A DNA stretch of 63,630 bases, filler included, from Octopus bimaculoides (lineage: Eukaryota): assembly GCF_001194135.2 (NCBI RefSeq). It is 7 parts of 6 records of this genome, joined end to end, with 100 filler letters (N's around TTAATTAATTAA, not from the genome) between each part and the next. Parts side by side here need not be neighbours in the genome. Positions count along the whole stretch, not along the records: positions 39,049 to 43,690 come from NW_026373837.1; positions 43,791 to 59,045 come from NC_068987.1; 5 more parts are not named here. One strand, given 5' to 3'. Below the pieces are notes generated by a model. The model did no database searches, was not told the origin of the DNA, and saw nothing but the letters and a program-made list of their open reading frames with translations. How positions within the stretch are numbered: the stretch's first letter is position 1; each line of letters starts with the position of its first letter. The position numbers and the translations under genes are program-made. Positions 39,546-52,970 of this stretch are shown here, one piece after another.

Positions 39546-40901
39546 TAATAATAATAATGATAATAATAATGATAATAATAATAATAATAATAATAACAAT
39601 GGAGAGAACTACATTTCTGTACTTTCGGGATGTGTACACACATACACACACACACACACACGGTATTGTAGCAGCTGTGTGGACAGGTGCAAATTAACAT
39701 ATTCAGTTAATGTGTGGGNNNNNNNNNNNNNNNNNNNNNNNNNNNNNNNNNNNNNNNNNNNNNNNNNNNNNNNNNNNNNNNNNNNNNNNNNNNNNNNNNN
39801 NNNNNNNNNNNNNNNNNNNNNNNNNNNNNNNNNNNNNNNNNNNNNNNNNNNNNNNNNNNNNNNNNNNNNNNNNNNNNNNNNNNNNNNNNNNNNNNNNNNN
39901 NNNNNNNNNNNNNNNNNNNNNNNNNNNNNNNNNNNNNNNNNNNNNNNNNNNNNNNNNNNNNNNNNNNNNNNNNNNNNNNNNNNNNNNNNNNNNNNNNNNN
40001 NNNNNNNNNNNNNNNNNNNNNNNNNNNNNNNNNNNNNNNNNNNNNNNNNNNNNNNNNNNNNNNNNNNNNNNNNNNNNNNNNNNNNNNNNNNNNNNNNNNN
40101 NNNNNNNNNNNNNNNNNNNNNNNNNNNNNNNNNNNNNNNNNNNNNNNNNNNNNNNNNNNNNNNNNNNNNNNNNNNNNNNNNNNNNNNNNNNNNNNNNNNN
40201 NNNNNNNNNNNNNNNNNNNNNNNNNNNNNNNNNNNNNNNNNNNNNNNNNNNNNNNNNNNNNNNNNNNNNNNNNNNNNNNNNNNNNNNNNNNNNNNNNNNN
40301 NNNNNNNNNNNNNNNNNNNNNNNNNNNNNNNNTGATTAACGCAAGCTCTGAATACACACAGGTGTTGCCCGTGTTGGTTGATTAGCATATTTGCTGTTGC
40401 TAATTAGCATATTGGTTGGATAATTAGCATATTGGCTGCTATATGACATTAGCCACGTCAGCACTTTTATGGCTCACCGTTTTGGACTACTACTACCACC
40501 ACTGCAACTATACCACCACCACCACCACCACTACTACTACTACTACTATTTCTGCTGCTGCTGCTGCTACTACTACTACTACTACTACTACTATTTCAGC
40601 TGTTGCTACCATAACTATTTCTACTACCACCAAGACACCACTACCCCCCCCCCCATCACCACCTCCAAAGTACTGTCGGTACCACATGTAATTCTAGCGC
40701 TGATACTGCAACATGTACTTTTACCAGCACCAGCACCACCACCACCACCACCCAAACTAGTGCCAGTACTACATATTCTATTATATTAGTTTCACTTGTA
40801 CTATTGTTACTAGTATCCTAGCATGGACACTGTTGTACTTGCGCCTATACTGTTGAGAAACTTAGCACAATATTACCACTTACCACTGTACTTGCACATG
40901 C

Positions 40902-41037
40902 GCAGGTGTGGTTATGTGGTTAAGAAGCTTGGTCTTGAGTTCAGCCCCACTGAGGGCATCTTGGGACAAGCCTTGGGGGCCGACTAAAGCTTGTGAGTGG
41001 ATTTCGTAGGTGATTGTGGAAACCCACCATGTATGTA

Positions 41038-41084
<47 letters not shown>

Positions 41085-41319
41085 NNNNNNNNNNNNNNNN
41101 NNNNNNNNNNNNNNNNNNNNNNNNNNNNNNNNNNNNNNNNNNNNNNNNNNNNNNNNNNNNNNNNNNNNNNNNNNNNNNNNNNNNNNNNNNNNNNNNNNNN
41201 NNNNNNNNNNNNNNNNNNNNNNNNNNNNNNNNNNNNNNNNNNNNNNNNNNNNNNNNNNNNNNNNNNNNNNNNNNNNNNNNNNNNNNNNNNNNNNNNNNNN
41301 NNNNNNNNNNNNNNNNNNN

Positions 41320-41350
<31 letters not shown>

Positions 41351-41550
41351 GTTTGTGTGTCTGTGTATGTCCCCCCACCCCCACCATCGCTTGACAACGA
41401 ATGTTGGTGTGTTTACGTCTCCGTAACTTAGCGGTTCAGCAAAAGGAACCGATAGAATAAGTACTAGGCTTACAAAGAATAAGTCCTGGGATTGGATTTG
41501 ATTCGACTAAAGGCGGTGCTCCAGCATGGCCGCAGTCACATTGCTGAAAC
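40902..41550 (+). mobile_element. Composite SINE: family B head, internal (TA)n microsatellite/gap, family A tail
   Basis: B module 40902-41030 and A module 41345-41550 are co-oriented around the microsatellite. Confidence 0.75.
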
Positions 41551-41702
41551 AAATGAAAGAATATATATAAATATATTAGTCCGATGATGGGTTAACAGGC
41601 TGAAACTTTGAAGTTACTGTCAATAATATCCTTGTTTAAGAATAATAAATTTGTAGTCTGCTTAAGTATAGAGAAACCTATGAGATTAATGTGTTTTTAT
41701 TA

Positions 41703-42250
41703 TAGGTGGCAGTGTGGTAAAGGGCTTGCTTCCCAGCCACATGGTTCTGGGTTCAGTTCCACATGTTCCCGCTATGACCATCCTGTCTTTTATTCAGCTG
41801 TGTGTATCTAGGACTACACTATCTAATGTGCTCTTCTTTGTTGTTGTTTAGCCCCAGGTCAGTCCCGATCCAGTAGACCTATGATCAAAGATGCTCCAGC
41901 TGTGACCATCCGGTCTTTTATTCAGACATAGTGTATCTAGGACTACATTATCTCATGTGTCCTTCCTTCCTTGTTGTTGTTGAGCAAGTTTTTTTGTACT
42001 TAATTGTATCAGTCTCTTTGACAAACTGTCTCTTTGACTGGTTGTCAACTGGTGAGGTGGGGGAACAAACATCACAAAGGCACACACATAATGGGCTTCC
42101 ACGTAGTTTCTACCTGCCAAATTCACTCATAAGACATTGAGCTACCTTGAGTTATAGTAAAGCACTTGATCAAGTTGCTGTGCAGTGGGATTGAACACAG
42201 GACCACATGGTTGCAAAGTGAGCTTCTCAACCACACAGCTATGCTTGCGC
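41703..42250. mobile_element. Cluster of SINE fragments (B head + at 41703-41762, duplicated tail, B copy - at 42055-42250)
   Basis: In-window homology to family B; internal about 80-bp duplication at 41773-41850 and 41903-41985. Confidence 0.6.
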
Positions 42251-42711
42251 TTATGTCAATATAACAGTGAACACTACTCTATCCCAGTCTTAAATGATAA
42301 AAAAAACCCCAAAAAAACAGTAAAACTGAATTGATCTCACACTGCCAACACATGACTAAATTCATCCTCAAGAATTTCAATGGTGACCCACTCCTGTCCC
42401 TGCTGCTCTTGTCTCCACACAGGATAGATGACAGTCAGTGATTTTACTCCTCTGACACTGCTAAGAGTCACTCCTTCTGCTTCCGACCCCACTGACATGG
42501 GTGGGAGACTGGGAGCCAATCAAACCAAACCGCAGAATGAGGCTCAGATGCGTAATCCATGTTTATCTCCCATGTAAATTAACCTTCATCACATTCTGTA
42601 CTCAGCCAATACAAGGGTGTATTGAAAAGTTATTGGTTTCTGTACCACAAAATATATAAAAATTCTCTTTCGCGTATACATGAACTCGGTGTTTTTCTAT
42701 ATATGTATATC

Positions 42712-42748
<37 letters not shown>

Positions 42749-42860
42749 TTATATTATAGACACACATAGTATATATATGCACACATGGATATACCTATTC
42801 ACAGACATGTGTGTGTATTTGTAGATATACATATGTATATACATACATACATACATATGT

Positions 42861-42900
<40 letters not shown>

Positions 42901-43790
42901 ACATTAACATATACATTTATACAAACATACATTTATATAGATACATATATGCCTTTATATATATACACACACACACATATATATATATATACATATATTG
43001 GCATATATATACATATATATATATAAAAGTGTGTGTGTGTGTAAAATGGATTTTATTGCTTTAAATATCCAATTATCTTAGAGAGTTTTGATGATGGTGG
43101 ATGTGGTAGTGGTGGTACTGTGGTAGGGGTGGGGGGTCGAGATGCTGATTTTGGTAAGGATGAGAGGGATGATGTTGATGATGAGGACGATGGCTATTGT
43201 CGTTGTTGTTGTTTGTTGCCAGGATTGAATGTTAAGTAGTGAACGTGATGGGATGTATGCAAATGAGATGGCTTTCCACCTCTCTCTCCCCCACTCCTCC
43301 CCCTCTCCTCTCCTCCCCCTCCTCCTCTCTTTCTCTCCCCTCTTTCACTGTTTCTTTCACTCTGTCTCTTTCACTCTTTCTCTTTCCCTCTCTCTCCCTC
43401 ACTCTCTCATATCCTTTCTGTCTCTCACACTTTGTTCTTTCTCGCTCTTTCCTCACTCTCGTGCTTCCCTCTCTCTCTCTCTCTCTCTCTCTCTTTCCTT
43501 CCATCTCTTTTCCTCTCTCTCTCTCTCTCCTGCTTCCTTCCATCCTTCCATCTTCGTCTCTCATCCCTGGTCTACTTCACTTACTCTTTCACTTTCATCA
43601 ACACCCACCTCTACTCTACCACCACTGCTCCCCCCCACTACCACCATCTGTACTGCTACGCTGCACCACACCATTATTCACACCACTGCTNNNNNNNNNN
43701 NNNNNNNNNNNNNNNNNNNNNNNNNNNNNNNNNNTTAATTAATTAANNNNNNNNNNNNNNNNNNNNNNNNNNNNNNNNNNNNNNNNNNNN

Positions 43791-44056
43791 ATGCTACCCA
43801 CTATACACCCTGTCAGGTTGCAAGTGTTGTTGCAGTCGTTGATCCTGCTGAGGAGATCTTCCGTGCTGTCACAGACATCAGGTGACATCTGGATTATGGG
43901 GCGTATGATCATTGAGAGGAAGTAGGAGATCCTGTAGTTACTAGCGACATTCGCTCCACAGACTGGTCTTGTTGGTGGTCCCACTACAGGATTAGTTGTT
44001 ACTTTGTGGTCCTTACGGAGCCCATACAGCGTCGGGATATCATTGTTCCAGGCTTG
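43791..44056 (-). mobile_element. Penelope-like retroelement reverse transcriptase N-terminal fragment (open frame)
   Basis: PTLYGLRKDHK..NPVVGPPTRPVCGANVASNYRISYFLSMIIRPII..STEDLLSRIN..IVGS is the PLE P.LYGL.K.HK/RP(I/V)/ST.D pattern, cut by a gap just before the first catalytic Asp. Confidence 0.85.
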
Positions 44057-44326
44057 ATATATATATATATATATATATCAATTGAAATAAGAGCCATGAC
44101 GCAATCCTATATATTAATAAAACTTGGATAATAAACAAGTTTTATTAACATATAGGATTGCGTCATGGCCCTTATTTCAATTGATATGCACCCAAAATTG
44201 TATCACCTATACGAAAGTCATTATATTTATACAAAGTCTAAACAACTTTTCAAGTGTGAACTTTGCTACTTTGGTAACAGTTACAATACTTATTTTACCA
44301 AAATATTTGGTAGATATTTAAATACG

Positions 44327-44369
<43 letters not shown>

Positions 44370-44386
44370 GTACATAATATATATAT

Positions 44387-44429
<43 letters not shown>

Positions 44430-44559
44430 CACACACACACACACACACGCACATATATATTGATGGTAATGGTAAGACAACAAAATAATGAAAGAGACCT
44501 CGATATTATATAAATAGAGGGATTTATTTGTAATATAATATGTGGCAATTATTATGTTG

Positions 44560-46735
44560 CCATAATAAATCTCCGAGTTTCGTATGTCAGGGCGGAAAAC
44601 TGCACCAGCAACTCTTCAGTTACCGAAGCAATTAAAACATGCTACGGAAATGACCGTTACACAAAGGGAAATTACTATATAATTGACCGTTATTAAGACA
44701 AAAGTGCTATTAGAACGACCGTTAAATAAGGTAAAAAACCAAAGGGGAGGAAGTAAAAAGTAAAGGAGTAAAAATGTTCATAGCATTCTTATATGCGGCA
44801 TTGTACATACATACATACACATGCGCGCACGCACGCCCATGTACATGTGCCTATATGCATATGCTCACTCAGACTCGCATGAAACACATACATGCGCACC
44901 CACACATACGCCAAATAGACGCACATATATATGCAACCATGCATGTACACGTATCCACACACACGCGTGCACACACACACACACACATGCACATACCCAT
45001 ACGCGCACAGTTATATTCAAATACGCATCTCAAAATACGCACATGCTATATGCTCGCTCACACTCTTATTTAGATACCAACCAGACGGTTATTAATTTCT
45101 TAGATTTATCCTTAGATCTAAATAAGAATATTTATAAACCTTGTAGGAAGCCAAACGATAGACTCAGTTACATTAATGTAGGTTTCTGCCATCCCACCAT
45201 AGTGTTTAAAAATTTAGTTAAAGCCATTAGCCAAAGAATTTCTAGCCTCTCCTCCAATAGGGAGATTTTTAATAGCGTTGCCCCAGTATATAATAAGGCT
45301 CTAAAAGATAGTGGTTTTAGCGAGGAAATAACCTACACACCCGTCTAATAATAAAGAAAAGGAAAGATAGGAATAAGAAAACCATCTGGTTCACACAGCC
45401 CTACTTCCCCGAAGTGACCTTTAATGTAGTTAAGTATTTCTTAGCACTGATTGATAGACATTTTCCAGTCAATCATAGTTTCAGAAAGCTCTCCAATAAA
45501 CATAACTTAAGAATCAGTTTCAGCCTAACTACTAATTTAAAAAATATAATCGCACACAACACACAAAGAACACGAAATAAAACCAGCTGTTCATGCAGGA
45601 ATGAAACTTTGTGCCCGCTAAACGGAGCTTGCATGTCCGAGACCATCATTTATGAAGCCTACGTAGACTCTACAACCACTAAAGGCATAGTTACGACAAA
45701 GAAATATGTGGGCCTTACAGAGGGCAATTTCGAGGCCAGTTTCAACAATCACACCTTGAGCTTCAGGCACTGGGATAAAAGGAAAACGACTAAATTATCT
45801 AGTCACATATGGTCCTTAAAAGATAAATGTGTCAGTTACAACATCCATTAGAAGATCTTAGCCAAGTGCAAGCCTTACACCAACGGCAGTGGGAAGTGCG
45901 GTGTTTGTGATATGGAAAGATGGCTCGTCTGGAAAAGCAGCTTAGACCTTCCTACATGTCTAAATTCAAAAGCTGAACTTTTTTGATCATGTCCAAATGT
46001 GGCTAAATATATGTTACATTTTTGGTCCCCCACACATGATCACCGATAGAATTTACTTTTTATATTGTGTCCACGTACAAGCTTTTTATCTCTCTATACT
46101 TTATATATATTTTTTATATATTTCTTACATATTTTTTTACATATTTATACAGATATATTTTTATATTTTTATTGCTTTATATATTTTTACACAGTTTTTC
46201 CTGTATTTTAACTTCCGCCCTGCATGTTTTGTGCATGTGCGCATATAGACGAGTATATGAATTTTTATGCGCGCGTGTGTGTGCGTGTGTGCGGGTATGT
46301 ATATATGTACATATATATATATATATATANNNNNNNNNNTCTTACATATTTTTTTACATATTTATACAGATATATTTTTATATTTTTATTGCTTTATATA
46401 TTTTTACACAGTTTTTCCTGTATTTTAACTTCCGCCCTGCATGTTTTGTGCATGTGCGCATATAGACGAGTATATGAATTTTTATGCGCGCGTGTGTGTG
46501 CGTGTGTGCGGGTATGTATATATGTACATGTGTATGGCTGCACGTATACGTGGGTGTGCATGCGGGTGTTCCACGCGAGTGTAAGTGAGCATATGCATAT
46601 AGATACATGTACGTAGGTGTGCGTGCGCGCATGTGTATGTATGTACATGCGCGCATACGCGATTGCTATGAGCATTTTTTATCCTTTGCTTTTTACTTCC
46701 TCCCCTTCGGTTTTTCCCCTATTTAACGGTCATTT
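44560..46735 (+). mobile_element. 5'-truncated Penelope-like element (RT C-terminus plus GIY-YIG, about 45067-46020) with an inverted copy of its 3' pLTR
   Basis: INFLDLSL..YKPCRKPND..YIN...HP (RT end/thumb); CSCRNETLCPLNGAC, IIYEAY...KYVGLTE..F..NH, TKLSSHIWSLK, CGVC (EN); 44717-about 45000 is an inverted homologue of about 46450-46735. Confidence 0.9.
44564..44624 (-). ncRNA. Candidate decayed type I hammerhead in the inverted pLTR
   Basis: GGTAA-CTGAAGA-GT..AC-GAAA-CTC(G)GAG-A-T-TTATT: canonical core; U16.1 replaced by A; stem I has 2 wobbles. Confidence 0.5.
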
Positions 46736-46774
46736 NNNNNNNNNNTATATATAAACACATACACACACACATGC

Positions 46775-46834
<60 letters not shown>

Positions 46835-47851
46835 CCTACGCGGAAGACGCTATGTTAAAGATTTTGCATTTGGCAATGAACTACTCCTACTCAGTGTATG
46901 TTGCTGTTATTTTCTGCGTATATTACCATTATAACGACATTAGTTCTTCAACAGTGGTATGTGCAGTGAGTTTTAACTTGATGACTGAAATTTACCACTT
47001 CAAGTCTTTCTCTAGTATCTCGATTGCATTAGTCATTAACTGGTCTAATTAGTGCAAGTTATGCTTTTGACCGATAATATTTCCGGCTACAAAATGTAAA
47101 TACACGTTCAGAAATCTTGAATGCTAAAACCATCGATGTTTTCTTCTCTTTTACTGCCATATAAATTAGTGAAACCTCGATTTCACGAAGCATCATTTCT
47201 GTATTAAAATAATCTGTGTCATATCATGCAGTTATCTCATAATAATTCTGTGATGACAGGATATGTGTCACATGATCAAGTAAAGTCACTGCCTTAGGCA
47301 GTAAGCCACGACAATCCAAATCAAACTGTTTCAAATAATATATTTAACACGTACTAAATGTGTTGAGTGCATTTGTTTTAGTTTGCCCACTCACTCATAT
47401 ATATATATATATATATANNNNNNNNNNNNNNNNNNNNNNNNNNNNNNNNNNNNNNNNNNNNNNNNNNNNNNNNNNNNNNNNNNNNNNNNNNNNNNNNNNN
47501 NNNNNNNNNNNNNNNNNNNNNNNNNNNNNNNNNNNNNNNNNNNNNNNNNNNNNNNNNNNNNNNNNNNNNNNNNNNNNNNNNNNNNNNNNNNNNNNNNNNN
47601 NNNNNNNNNNNNNNNNNNNNNNNNNNNNNNNNNNNNNNNNNNNNNNNNNNNNNNNNNNNNNNNNNNNNNNNNNNNNNNNNNNNNNNNNNNNNNNNNNNNN
47701 NNNNNNNNNNNNNNNNNNNNNNNNNNNNNNNNNNNNNNNNNNNNNNNNNNNNNNNNNNNNNNNNNNNNNNNNNNNNNNNNNNNNNNNNNNNNNNNNNNNN
47801 NNNNNNNNNNNNNNNNNNNNNNNNNNNNNNNNNNNNNNGTGTGTGTGTAGG

Positions 47852-47897
<46 letters not shown>

Positions 47898-48743
47898 ACA
47901 CACACGCACGCACGATAACATACACAATATACACATACACACACGCGCACATGCAAAATACACACACACACATACACGTATCCAACACCTACAACCCCAC
48001 ACAAACACGAACACACACATACTCAAAAAACCGCCTGTTGACCTTCCACCTAACGCTGTCTATAAGCATCCACAAACCATTCCTGCTACTAATTCCTTCC
48101 ACTACGTCATACACAAGTATTGCATTTATCTTGAGTAATATTGTTAAATGCCTTCCTTTTTTATTGGTAAAATAAGTATTTTTATGTAAATTCATTTGAT
48201 ATTTATTGTTAGACGATATACATACATTCATTTTATTATTATTATTATTGTATTTTGACCTGAACATTAGCTATATTTTTGAATAGAATTGATTTTCGAT
48301 GGATTTATTTTGAATCGATTTGATTTTTATTTTATTTTCTATTTTAAGATATGGTTATGAAACACGTGTTGTCATTTTTACTATTTTATTACTTTGTACT
48401 TTTTCGATTTTTATTATAGGTCTTTTTACTGTATTTACTTATTAAAGTTTTCTATATGTGATTGTGGAATTTATGGATAAATTCAATAATTGTGGATTTT
48501 TTTTCTAAGTGATATATATAGGTATATATATATATATAAATATCGCAGTAAAAGTGCATAAAACATCGATGATATTTGCATTGAAGATTTCTGAATGTGT
48601 ATGTACATTTCTTAGCCGAAGATATAATGACTTTAGTTCTGCAACTGAGCAGAATCAACAGTGTTATGTGCACCGAGATATAACTTGATTACTTCAACTC
48701 TTTATATATNNNNNNNNNNATATATAATTATGTATGTATATAT

Positions 48744-48783
<40 letters not shown>

Positions 48784-49821
48784 ATGCGCCCGCACGTGTG
48801 AGTGTGTGTGCATGTGTATTTATGTGCATATAAAAATATGTGGTATTTGTGTATACAGTCAGGTATACATATACAATTGTATAAATATTTACATATACAT
48901 ACACACATAAACACAGACATATATATAGTTCAAAATTTCAATAAATCTAATCAATAATTTGTCCTCTATGATAATTTTCTTTAATGGTTTGTACTTTTTA
49001 GACCATTTTAAATATAATGTATTAAATTTTGAAAACGGAACTCGGACTTTATAATCATTGAATGAGTATATACATTTTTTTGGACATACTATTTGCTATT
49101 ACAACACACACAAAATATATGTGTATGTGTGTGTGTGTGCACGCAGGTGATGTGTGTGCTTCTCTGTGTGTGTATGTATGCATATATATGTGTATATGTA
49201 CACACATGAGTATCTGAGAGCGCGTACTGTAGAGAATTTACTAAATATGAAATAAAATTGTAGATACAATCAAATAGAGATTATTTCTTGATTAAGTGGT
49301 CAACCTAAGGACGGCGTATGTTATTTTAAACAAACCAACATACACCAACAACTGAAAGCATTCCTTAATTTGCAAATGTTCAGTTTGAAGTAAGTAGTTC
49401 ACTAAAATCGATAAACGTTGCCAACGTGTGTAACGAACATATATGCGTACAAATACTTTACGAGTGTAAAAAACACGAATATGCATTTGTATACTTTACA
49501 AGTGCCACACGCGTTTATGCATACGTATACTTGAGAAGTGTAATGAATATATATGGGCGCACATACTATTCAAGTGTAACAAACTTCAATCAATGATAGA
49601 AGATGCTTCTTTAAAAGGTAAAAGACTTGAAAACAATCTACAATTAATTTCAAATGCAACTGATGTTCATTTAAAGTTCTTCCTGCTTTAAACATGTGTA
49701 TGTAACCACGTTGTTCAGATTTAGTTCAAATGTACGGCAATTTAACCATATACATTCTACCAAAACCTCTGACTGAACAATACCTCGAATGTTAAATAGT
49801 TAATTGCATAGCCGTGACCGT

Positions 49822-49828
49822 ATGCATA

Positions 49829-49914
<86 letters not shown>

Positions 49915-49990
49915 TACACATATATACACACACGCACACACAGATACACAGATACACAGACACACAGACAGACAGACAGACAGACACACA
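49822..49990. repeat. (CA)n/(CAGA)n microsatellite
   Basis: Directly visible. Confidence 0.95.
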
Positions 49991-50019
49991 CATATATGGT
50001 TGATCACAATATTTACAAG

Positions 50020-50185
50020 TTTCTTTTATCCTCTCTCTTCTCATTTTCTCTTATTCCTTTTTGTTGAAGAGCGTAGGGTCGAAACGTAAAACTTTTCAAT
50101 TTCCCGAGCGTCAATCTAATACACCTGTTTGTTGTTCATACACATGTCTTCGTCATTTGTTTTTCTGTAACTTTCAACTATATAT
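50020..50185 (+). mobile_element. Short non-coding repeat with a hammerhead-like motif (50056-50092)
   Basis: Homologous to 59470-59640, 30295-30360 (-) and, weakly, 58760-58900; ends in (TA)n. Confidence 0.7.
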
Positions 50186-50737
50186 GTATATATATATATA
50201 TAGCAGTAAAATATTCGAAACTGAATATTTATAAGATATTAATATTAATATTATTATTGAATGCAATATAAATAGTTGATAATAACAGAAATATAGGTAG
50301 TTGCAGGCCTAAAAAAATAGCATTATATAGCTAAAGAATTAAAATTATATTAAGGATAAGGACACATTAAAGTGTCTACTCGCTAGAAATAAGAGTCAAA
50401 ACCCATATTTAGACCACAAAAAAGATTAACACTGAAAACAACATTTTAATTTCTCTTTATGATCACTAGATAAATGAATATATATATATATATATATAGT
50501 GCACTGTTCTGCGAGAGTAAGATCAACAAAAAGTACTTCGTCTTGGTGAGAGACAATTATGATTTAATAAACACAATGTATGTTTTTATGAGCTACTGTT
50601 AGTTTCATGCGATGAAAGGAGCTCAGACAGTATTTTCATTACGTCTGGCACCTCAGCGTAATACTCAAAAGATGCTGTCTGAACTGCTCTCATCATATGG
50701 AATAGCTCATAAAAAAATATAGTGTGTTTATTAAATC

Positions 50738-50773
<36 letters not shown>

Positions 50774-52164
50774 NNNNNNNNNNNNNNNNNNNNNNNNNNN
50801 NNNNNNNNNNNNNNNNNNNNNNNNNNNNNNNNNTATATATATACACTCACACACATACATATACATATATACCTATAGCGATGCTCGGAAAAAGAAGGTA
50901 TGTGGGGAAAAGCATTCGTTTCAGATTTCATTAAAGTATCATCAAAGAAGGCTTAATATAATCTGACACTAAGAAGTTCACACATTCACAGTGATACACT
51001 GTACAGGAGGTTGATGCTAATTGCAGCTTTAAAATAGAAGCTGAATCAATAATAGAAGTTATTTAGATTGCCTAATTTTGATAACATTTCCAGAGTTGGT
51101 CGCTTGAATGCATAAGCAATAACGGAACAGCACTTCTGAAATGCCGGGATGCCAGTTTCCAGAATTTCTAAGTAGTCAAGAGTTTTTGGTTTCGATTCCA
51201 CTACCTGGCGTCATGGGCAATTGTCTTTCAAAGTTGTCTCGTATCAAATGATGCCTAGTGAATGCAATTGGATTGACGAAAACTGAGCATCTTACTCGCA
51301 ATCGAACTATACCGTTTTGTCACACATTGAGAATTATATTAAGCGTATACAATTGTGGCTTATACTCAGCAACTGACACCTAATTCAGTGAGTAGTTATC
51401 ATCATCGTCGAGACCGATGGAGATCTAATTCATGATGAATTTTAATCTCACAGTAGGATCCATTTTTTTTGAGAGACTGCTAATTAAGATATACGTATTG
51501 TTAAATGTCTTGATATACTGGAAACAATACAAAATATATAGCAAGGAATTAAAATATATATCCGTATGAGACTCCAAACTATGATGTCTCTCTGTTTCGT
51601 GTGTTACATATACAATAATTATTTGAGTCTAATTATGATTCCTTTGTAATATTAATGGGTTCTTTGTAACAATATTGATTTCTTTGTCATGACAAATAAA
51701 GTAATATCAGTGATTTCTTTCTAATAATAATTGGTTCTTATTGTATTATGATAATTATACACATCAAATTTATGGTAACACATTGCTATTTGTTTTTCAT
51801 AAATAAAAGAAACCGCTACGGAGCAAAGCAGTGGAATGTAAAAATATATATCTTGCTCACACGCGCGCGCGTGTGTGTGTGAGTGTGTGTGAGCATGTGT
51901 AGGTTTTATGTATTATGTGAGTGTTTAAGATTTTAATTCTGTGAAGTCACATACGTATATTTTAAGCTCAATGTACTGTAGGTCACCAAAGCTTACAGTA
52001 TTTTTCGTGGAAAGGAAACAAAATTTAGCCCTTTATATCTAGTTGCACATTGTTACAATGAAACTCACAAGTAATTCATTTTGAGATCTCTGTACACAGA
52101 TTATGCTATTTCCAATATATATGTTTTTCGTTTTAATTTCTAATTGTAAAATGTAAAAAATCCC

Positions 52165-52440
52165 TCTCGGTCATGAATAACCATGAAATTGCACGTAGAA
52201 ATTTACTCTGTCCGGACAAGATTGTTTATGGAAGACCAGCTGTCGCCCATGCTTATCAGCCGCCCCTATCTACGGCATTGCTGTTATCCAAGGGCAAGGC
52301 AAAAGCCGATACAGCTTGGTACCAGTGATATCGCAACTCATTTCTACAGTTGAGTGAACTGGAGCAAGGCGAAACAAATTATCTTGCTCAAAAACACAAA
52401 GATCGAACTCACTCTAAACATTGAGCCTTGCGACTTCACA
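52165..52440 (-). mobile_element. tRNA-derived SINE (separate family)
   Basis: Minus-strand head with gagttcgatc B-box-like motif followed by ttgagcaagat..ttgctccagttcactcaactg. Family assignment is from recall. Confidence 0.55.
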
Positions 52441-52563
52441 TTTGTAACTGTACGCATAAGTTAATGAGCTCCATATTAAAATATCAAGCAGCATCATGTC
52501 ATGAAACATACTGACTGGTACATATCCTGCAGCATCGTAACAATATCGTTTAGTATTGTGTAT

Positions 52564-52594
<31 letters not shown>

Positions 52595-52616
52595 GTGTGC
52601 GTACGTGCGTGTGTGC

Positions 52617-52656
<40 letters not shown>

Positions 52657-52970
52657 TTATTTAAAGGTTAATATACATGTATTAAAGCGCTACTAATAGC
52701 TTCATATGTTGAGAGGAATCAAACATATTCTTCAGGCGCAAACCACATATCACAAGGAACTAAAAATTTCAATAAATAGAAACGCGATGAAGCAGAGAAG
52801 GCAACATATAGAAAATGCAGAGAGTACTCAACGGAAAACGAAACTAAAGTGTCAAAAGTTAAAATGTGCTATCCTCATTATGCTTTAAATGATAAGACTG
52901 GAAAGATATCGAGTCAGTCAGGAATAGGCGGAATTTTCCAATTCTTCAGAATATATTTATACACATGCAT

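Noticed and set aside
42337-42519. GC-richer 60-aa minus-strand ORF with plausible splice signals
   Set aside because: No recognisable family in any frame and it lies among SINE debris; insufficient support.
46124-46540. About 200-bp perfect tandem duplication in the PLE 3' UTR
   Set aside because: The copies flank a 10-N gap and are identical, typical of unmerged overlapping contig ends.
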